A DNA stretch of 32,000 nucleotides from Candidatus Saccharimonadota bacterium (lineage in GTDB: Bacteria; Bacteroidota; Bacteroidia; Flavobacteriales; Blattabacteriaceae): assembly GCF_028673255.1 (NCBI RefSeq), contig NZ_CP110504.1:90001-122000 (forward strand), written 5' to 3'. Under the pieces are notes generated by a model. The model was not told the DNA's origin. It was given only the letters and a program-made list of their open reading frames with translations, and did no database searches. The translations under genes and the position numbers were made by a program. Every line of letters starts with the position of its first letter. Positions within the stretch are counted from its first letter, which is position 1. Positions 27,422 through 32,000 of the stretch are shown piece after piece.

Positions 27422-27505
27422 AAAACTTGGTTTTTAGTTTCTTATTTTTATATTCAATATTTTCATTGTTTCTTTTTCTTCTTGAATAATACTATATATC
27501 TAGTA

Positions 27506-27578
27506 GACTTGATAGCTTAGCTGGTAGAGCATTACACTTTTAATGTAAGGGTCCTGGGTTCAAATCCCAGTCAAGTCA
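27506..27578 (+). tRNA. tRNA-Lys (TTT)
   Basis: 73 nt. The acceptor is GACTTGA/TCAAGTC, the anticodon stem-loop TTACA-CTTTTAA-TGTAA and the T arm CTGGG-TTCAAAT-CCCAG. Confidence 0.9.
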
Positions 27579-27588
27579 TATCATCTAA

Positions 27589-27662
27589 CGGTCTGACTGG
27601 GATTTGAACCCAGGAGCTTGTGCGTGACAAGCACGTATTCTAACCATCTGAACTATCAGACC
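27589..27662 (-). tRNA. tRNA-Asp (GTC)
   Basis: 74 nt. The acceptor is GGTCTGA/TCAGACC, the anticodon loop TTGTCAC and the T arm CTGGG-TTCAAAT-CCCAG. Confidence 0.88.
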
Positions 27663-27738
27663 TGAAGAAAGGTTATATACCTTTTATATAACTTTTATAT
27701 TAACTATAAACTTTATATATCTAATTATTTACTTAGCA

Positions 27739-30700
27739 CTAAAATTTCTTAATTGAAAGGATTTGATTATCAATCAAAGTTATTAATAATACTTGCTTAA
27801 AAGTCACTATATGTTTATACTTAGAATACATCTTTCCATATAAAAAGAAGTTGATATTATCCGAAGCATCTTCTATTGTACAAACGATATAATCTCGTTG
27901 TCTTCTTGATTTTCTTAGTTCTATATTTGTAACAACTCCACAAATTATTCTTTTCTTTTTTAGTTCTAATTTACTTTTGAATTTTGTTATTGTTAAATTA
28001 GTTATTTTATTTATTTTGGATTTCATTTTTTCTAGAGGATGATTAGATATATAGAATCCTAACACTTCCTTTTCTTTTTTTATTTTTTCTAAAATACTCC
28101 ATTTCTTACATTTGGTCATTTTAGGTTCCTTTATTTCAATATCTTTAATCTTTTTTAAAAGAGTGTGTTTTCTATTTTTAATTAATAATTGATATTTACT
28201 ACCAAATTGTAAAAATTTTTCAATTCTATTAGAACCGTATTCTTTATAAAAATATTGAGCTCTATGAGTATTTTTAAACTCATCAAAAGCACCTGCATAA
28301 GCTAAGTTTTCTAATACCTTTTTATTAACTAATCTTAAATTCACTCTTTTAACAATATCTAAAATAGATAAGAATTTTTTCTTTTTTCTATGTTTTATTA
28401 GATTTTTTATTGATGCTTTTCCAATACCTTTTATTGCACTTAGTCCATAAATGATTCTTTTTTTTCTTAATCTAAATTTATAAGAACTTAAATTTATATT
28501 AGGACAAGCTAAGGTTAAACCCATTTTTTTACATTCTCTTATTAAGATAGAGATTTCTTTTATATTTTGCATATTATTACTTAAAACTGAAGTCATATAT
28601 TCTGCTGGAAAATGACTCTTTAAAAAAGCTGCTTGAAAAGATAAAAATGTATAACTTGCAGAATGAGATTTATTAAATGCATAAGATGCAAAATTTTGCC
28701 AATTAAACCATATATCTTCTAAAATTTTTTTCAAATGTCCTTTTTTTATTCCTCCTTCTATAAAACTTGTTTTCATAGAAGTCAAAAGGAATTTATTTTT
28801 TTTAGATATAGCATGTCTTAAAGTGTCTGCTTTCGTTTTATTAAAATTTGATATATATTGAGAAATCAACATTACTTGTTCTTGATAAACTATTATACCA
28901 TTAGTTTCTTTCAAATATTCTTCTAATTCTTGTAAAGAATAACTTTTGTATAATTTTCCATTTTTTATAGAGATAAAATTATTTAAATTCTTAAAAGGAC
29001 CAGGTCGATATAATGCATTCATAATTATTAAATCTTCAAAACTATTTGGTATCAATTTTTTTAAAGATTTTTGCATACCAAATGATTCGTATTGAAATAT
29101 CCCAATGGTTTTTCCACTTTTAAATAATTTAATCGTTTCTTTATCTTCCAATGATATTTTATTTAAATCTTTTATTTGATTTGTTTTTTTATTTATTATT
29201 TTTAATGCTTTTTTTATAATAGATAAAGTTCGTAACCCTAAAAAATCTATTTTTAATAAACCTATTTGTTCTATATTCTTTTTATCATATTGTGTAACTA
29301 AACAATCGTATGCTTTAGAATAATTTATTGGTATCTTTTCTATTATATCATATGGAGATATTAATATTCCACAAGCATGAATACCAGTATTTTTTATATT
29401 TCCTTCAATTTGCATAGCGACTTTTATAACCTTTTTAAAACAAACATTTATTTTCTTTTGTTTTTTTAAAACTAAAACTTTTTCATAATCTTTTATATTT
29501 AAAATCTTTTTAAGTTGGTTATTAGAACTTTTAAACAGTTGTTTTAATGTCAAATTAGGAATTAATTTAGACAATCTGTTTATTTCATTAAAAGGAAAAT
29601 CTAAAACACGTGCTGTGTCTCGTATAGCTGATTTAGCACCTAAGGTTCCATAAGTGATTATTTGTGATACTTTAGTTCTTCCATATTTTTTGAGAACCAA
29701 TTTAATTATTTCTTCTCTTCCTTTATCATCAAAATCTATGTCGATATCTGGTAAACTGATTCTACTTTTTGTTAAAAATCTTTCAAATAACAAATTATAT
29801 TTAATTGGATCAATTTTAGTTAAACCTATAGCATAAGCTACAACTGATCCAACAACTGAGCCACGTCCTGGTCCTACTAATATTCCTTTTTTTTTTGCTT
29901 CTTTTACAAGTTCACTAATAATTAAAAAATATCCAGGATAGTTAATTTTTTCAATAATTCTTAACTCAAAATTAAGTCTTTTGATTAGATCACCTTTTAA
30001 GAACTTATATTTAGTTTTTGCGTGATTATAAGTTATCTTTTTTAAAAGTTTATTTTCAAAATATTCATATGGTTGTTTTACATTATTATCTATTTTGAAA
30101 TCATGAAAATAATATTTTGGTAAATTTCTTATTTCTTTTATATTATATCTAGAAATTTTTTTCTTAAGTTTTCTTAAATTTTTCAAACCTAATGGCAAAT
30201 CTGAAAATAAATTATAGATTTTATCTTTACTTTTCAAATAATATTCTGAAGTATTAATATAATGTTTTTCAGGGATTAAATTATCATCTATTTTTTCTCC
30301 ATATTTAATCGATAATAAAATCCTTAAAGATTTGTGATCTTTTTTATTCAGATAAAACACATTATTTTGTATTATATAATCCACAGAATATTTTTTAGCT
30401 AATTTCAAAATAATTCTATTAACTTTCTTTTCATATTTTTCTCCATGACGAAAAATTTCTAGATAAAAATCCTGCTTAAAAACTTTAAGCCACCATTTCA
30501 TTTGTTTTATAGATTCTTTTCTTTGATTATTTAAAATTAAATTAGAAATTTCGGAATTTAAATCACCACTTAAAGCAATTAATCCAGAACTATATGATTT
30601 TATCATATTTTTTGTTATAACTGGATACTCATCAAATTCTAGTTTTAAAGAACTGAGTGAACATAATTTAATTAAATTATAATAACCTATCTTATTCTTA

Positions 30701-31554
30701 GCTATCAAAATTTGGCTGTAAATGTTTGTTTTATTTTTAGTAGATAAATAAAATTCACAACCAATAATCGGTTTAATATTTAAATTAAAATTTTTATTAT
30801 AGTTTTTAATATATTTCAAAAACTTAACAGTACCCATCAGATTTCCTAAATCGGTTAAACCAACTGCTTCCATTTTATATTTTCTCACTTTTTTTAATAA
30901 TGTCTTTATCTCAATCGTTGAATTTAATATTGAATAATTACTATGATTGTGTATATTAAAATATTTGCTCCACATTTTATGTTTTAAATTTTCTTTTATT
31001 TCTCTTTGTTTAGTGCTTTTGAAATTAAGTTTTAAATAATTTCTATCAGTTGTATTACTTATTACATTTATTTTTTTTATAATTTGGTTAATATAACTTA
31101 AGTTATTCAGATCTGTTAAGAATATTCTTTTTAATAAAACTAATCTAAAAAAATATTTTGATAAACATAATATATTTAATATTTGGTTTTCGTATTTATC
31201 CTTTTTCTCACTTATTTGCTCAAGCCACTTATAAAGTATTTGAATATTTGGCATGGAATATCTTTTCCATATAGTTATTGAACTTGTTGCTGTATCTATT
31301 ATATATTTCTTTTTCACATTATAGTTCACTTTTGATATATAAGATCTCATATATTTTAGTAAAAAAAAGATATTATGTCCAATAAGATATTTCGACTTGT
31401 TTAGACTTTTTTGAAACTTTAAAATATTTGATTCTTTAAAATTTAAAGCAAAATCAATAATCTCTAATTCAGAATTACAAACAAACCAATTAAATAGAAT
31501 TTTTTTTCTTGATGAATTTTTATAATCTTTTTTATAATCTAAAAAGAAATACAT
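27739..31554 (-). CDS. dnaE: DNA polymerase III alpha subunit (DnaE) with a 193-aa in-frame N-terminal extension
   Basis: 1271-aa ORF. The PHP domain starts at residue ~199 (FNIHNHSNYSILNS). The polymerase core segments include GPGRGSVVGSVVAYAIGLTKIDP, LPDIDIDF, KIDFLGLRTLS and YRPGP. A canonical-looking alternative start, MWSKYFNIHNHS, lies at 30973-30975. Confidence 0.92.
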   Translation of the reverse strand: MYFFLDYKKDYKNSSRKKILFNWFVCNSELEIIDFALNFKESNILKFQKSLNKSKYLIGHNIFFLLKYMRSYISKVNYNVKKKYIIDTATSSITIWKRYSMPNIQILYKWLEQISEKKDKYENQILNILCLSKYFFRLVLLKRIFLTDLNNLSYINQIIKKINVISNTTDRNYLKLNFKSTKQREIKENLKHKMWSKYFNIHNHSNYSILNSTIEIKTLLKKVRKYKMEAVGLTDLGNLMGTVKFLKYIKNYNKNFNLNIKPIIGCEFYLSTKNKTNIYSQILIAKNKIGYYNLIKLCSLSSLKLEFDEYPVITKNMIKSYSSGLIALSGDLNSEISNLILNNQRKESIKQMKWWLKVFKQDFYLEIFRHGEKYEKKVNRIILKLAKKYSVDYIIQNNVFYLNKKDHKSLRILLSIKYGEKIDDNLIPEKHYINTSEYYLKSKDKIYNLFSDLPLGLKNLRKLKKKISRYNIKEIRNLPKYYFHDFKIDNNVKQPYEYFENKLLKKITYNHAKTKYKFLKGDLIKRLNFELRIIEKINYPGYFLIISELVKEAKKKGILVGPGRGSVVGSVVAYAIGLTKIDPIKYNLLFERFLTKSRISLPDIDIDFDDKGREEIIKLVLKKYGRTKVSQIITYGTLGAKSAIRDTARVLDFPFNEINRLSKLIPNLTLKQLFKSSNNQLKKILNIKDYEKVLVLKKQKKINVCFKKVIKVAMQIEGNIKNTGIHACGILISPYDIIEKIPINYSKAYDCLVTQYDKKNIEQIGLLKIDFLGLRTLSIIKKALKIINKKTNQIKDLNKISLEDKETIKLFKSGKTIGIFQYESFGMQKSLKKLIPNSFEDLIIMNALYRPGPFKNLNNFISIKNGKLYKSYSLQELEEYLKETNGIIVYQEQVMLISQYISNFNKTKADTLRHAISKKNKFLLTSMKTSFIEGGIKKGHLKKILEDIWFNWQNFASYAFNKSHSASYTFLSFQAAFLKSHFPAEYMTSVLSNNMQNIKEISILIRECKKMGLTLACPNINLSSYKFRLRKKRIIYGLSAIKGIGKASIKNLIKHRKKKKFLSILDIVKRVNLRLVNKKVLENLAYAGAFDEFKNTHRAQYFYKEYGSNRIEKFLQFGSKYQLLIKNRKHTLLKKIKDIEIKEPKMTKCKKWSILEKIKKEKEVLGFYISNHPLEKMKSKINKITNLTITKFKSKLELKKKRIICGVVTNIELRKSRRQRDYIVCTIEDASDNINFFLYGKMYSKYKHIVTFKQVLLITLIDNQILSIKKF

Positions 31555-31569
31555 AATTTATAAAAAACA

Positions 31570-31644
31570 TGGGTGATACTGGATTTGAACCAGTGACATT
31601 CTACTTGTAAGGCAGACGCTCTGAACCAACTGAGCTAATCACCC
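31570..31644 (-). tRNA. tRNA-Val (TAC)
   Basis: 75 nt. The acceptor is GGGTGAT/ATCACCC, the anticodon stem-loop TCTGC-CTTACAA-GTAGA and the T arm ACTGG-TTCAAAT-CCAGT. Confidence 0.88.
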
Positions 31645-31758
31645 CAATTTAATTTTTTTATAACATTCAAATATCTAAAGAACAACTTAATTAGTAGATA
31701 TAAAGAACATTTAAGATCTTTTAAGTTCATAAAATATACGGTATAATTTATATTTGAC

Positions 31759-32000
31759 TTACTTACCTAGACAAAAAGTAGCAAATATTTGATTTAAAAT
31801 TTCATCATTATTAACAATTTTAGTAATTTTACCAAGATGATAATTAGCTTCTCTTAATAAAAAAGAGAATATTTCTGGCGTTAAAGAATTTTTTCTTGTT
31901 TTTTTTATTTTCATCAAAGTTAGTAATACTTGTTTTAAACACTCATAATTTCGCATATTATTAATAATATTATCTGTTTTATGATATTTATAATTTAATC
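31759..32000 (-). CDS. mnmE: tRNA modification GTPase MnmE (TrmE), C-terminal part; the gene runs off the right window edge
   Basis: The C-terminus ...ANYHLGKITKIVNNDEILNQIFATFCLGK matches the invariant MnmE tail (L..A...LG.ItG......lL..IFs.FCiGK). The frame stays open upstream of the listed Met out to position 32000. Confidence 0.85.
   Translation of the reverse strand, partial: LNYKYHKTDNIINNMRNYECLKQVLLTLMKIKKTRKNSLTPEIFSFLLREANYHLGKITKIVNNDEILNQIFATFCLGK

Noticed and set aside
1-32000. Search for CRISPR arrays, IS/transposase remnants, integrases, phage genes, toxin-antitoxin pairs or other defence-island features
   Set aside because: There are no regularly spaced repeats, no terminal inverted repeats flanking ORFs and no unassigned ORF other than the coiled-coil protein. 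All spacers over 80 bp are accounted for by RNA genes or local gene-end duplications.

Overview
The window is very AT-rich (roughly 20-25% GC by eye) and almost gap-free. It is devoted nearly entirely to translation and core information processing, which is typical of a highly reduced obligate endosymbiont genome.

I support these features:
- 31 protein-coding genes, two of them cut by the window edges (lepA at the left, mnmE at the right).
- 11 tRNA genes.
- One tmRNA.

Gene content:
- Six aminoacyl-tRNA synthetases: glnS, gltX, asnS, trpS, glyQS, proS.
- Ten ribosomal protein genes: L25, L9, S18, S6, L27, L21, L34, L19 and a 29-aa bS22-like micro-ORF missing from the ORF track.
- Translation factor frr.
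- Four translational GTPases: lepA, der, hflX, mnmE.
- tRNA-modification genes mnmG, mnmE, tilS and mtaB, plus a class-I cysteine desulfurase.
- Replication genes dnaE and a holB-like gene.
- htpG, lipA and mdh.

Lineage (inference): a Flavobacteriia/Bacteroidota insect endosymbiont of the Sulcia/Blattabacterium/Uzinura kind. Supporting signals are the tmRNA tag GETKNYSLAA, single-chain GlyRS, archaeal-type ProRS ending in Tyr, the bS22-like peptide, the rpsF-rpsR-rplI cluster without priB, and no visible Shine-Dalgarno sequences. The genetic code appears standard: TGG encodes Trp, and TAA, TAG and TGA all act as stops.

I see no CRISPR array, mobile element, toxin-antitoxin or defence-like cassette, and no unexplained multi-gene block. 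I therefore do not claim a novel system here.

The observations most worth follow-up are:
- A 193-aa N-terminal extension on DnaE with a decayed DnaQ-like motif pattern.
- A retained coiled-coil protein of unknown function that lacks Zn-ribbon cysteines.
- An L9 reduced to its N-terminal domain.
- A tightly packed unit of micro-ORF, two tRNA-Leu genes and rpmH.
- Short direct duplications of the 3' ends of gltX and hflX.
- Long homopolymer runs inside essential genes.
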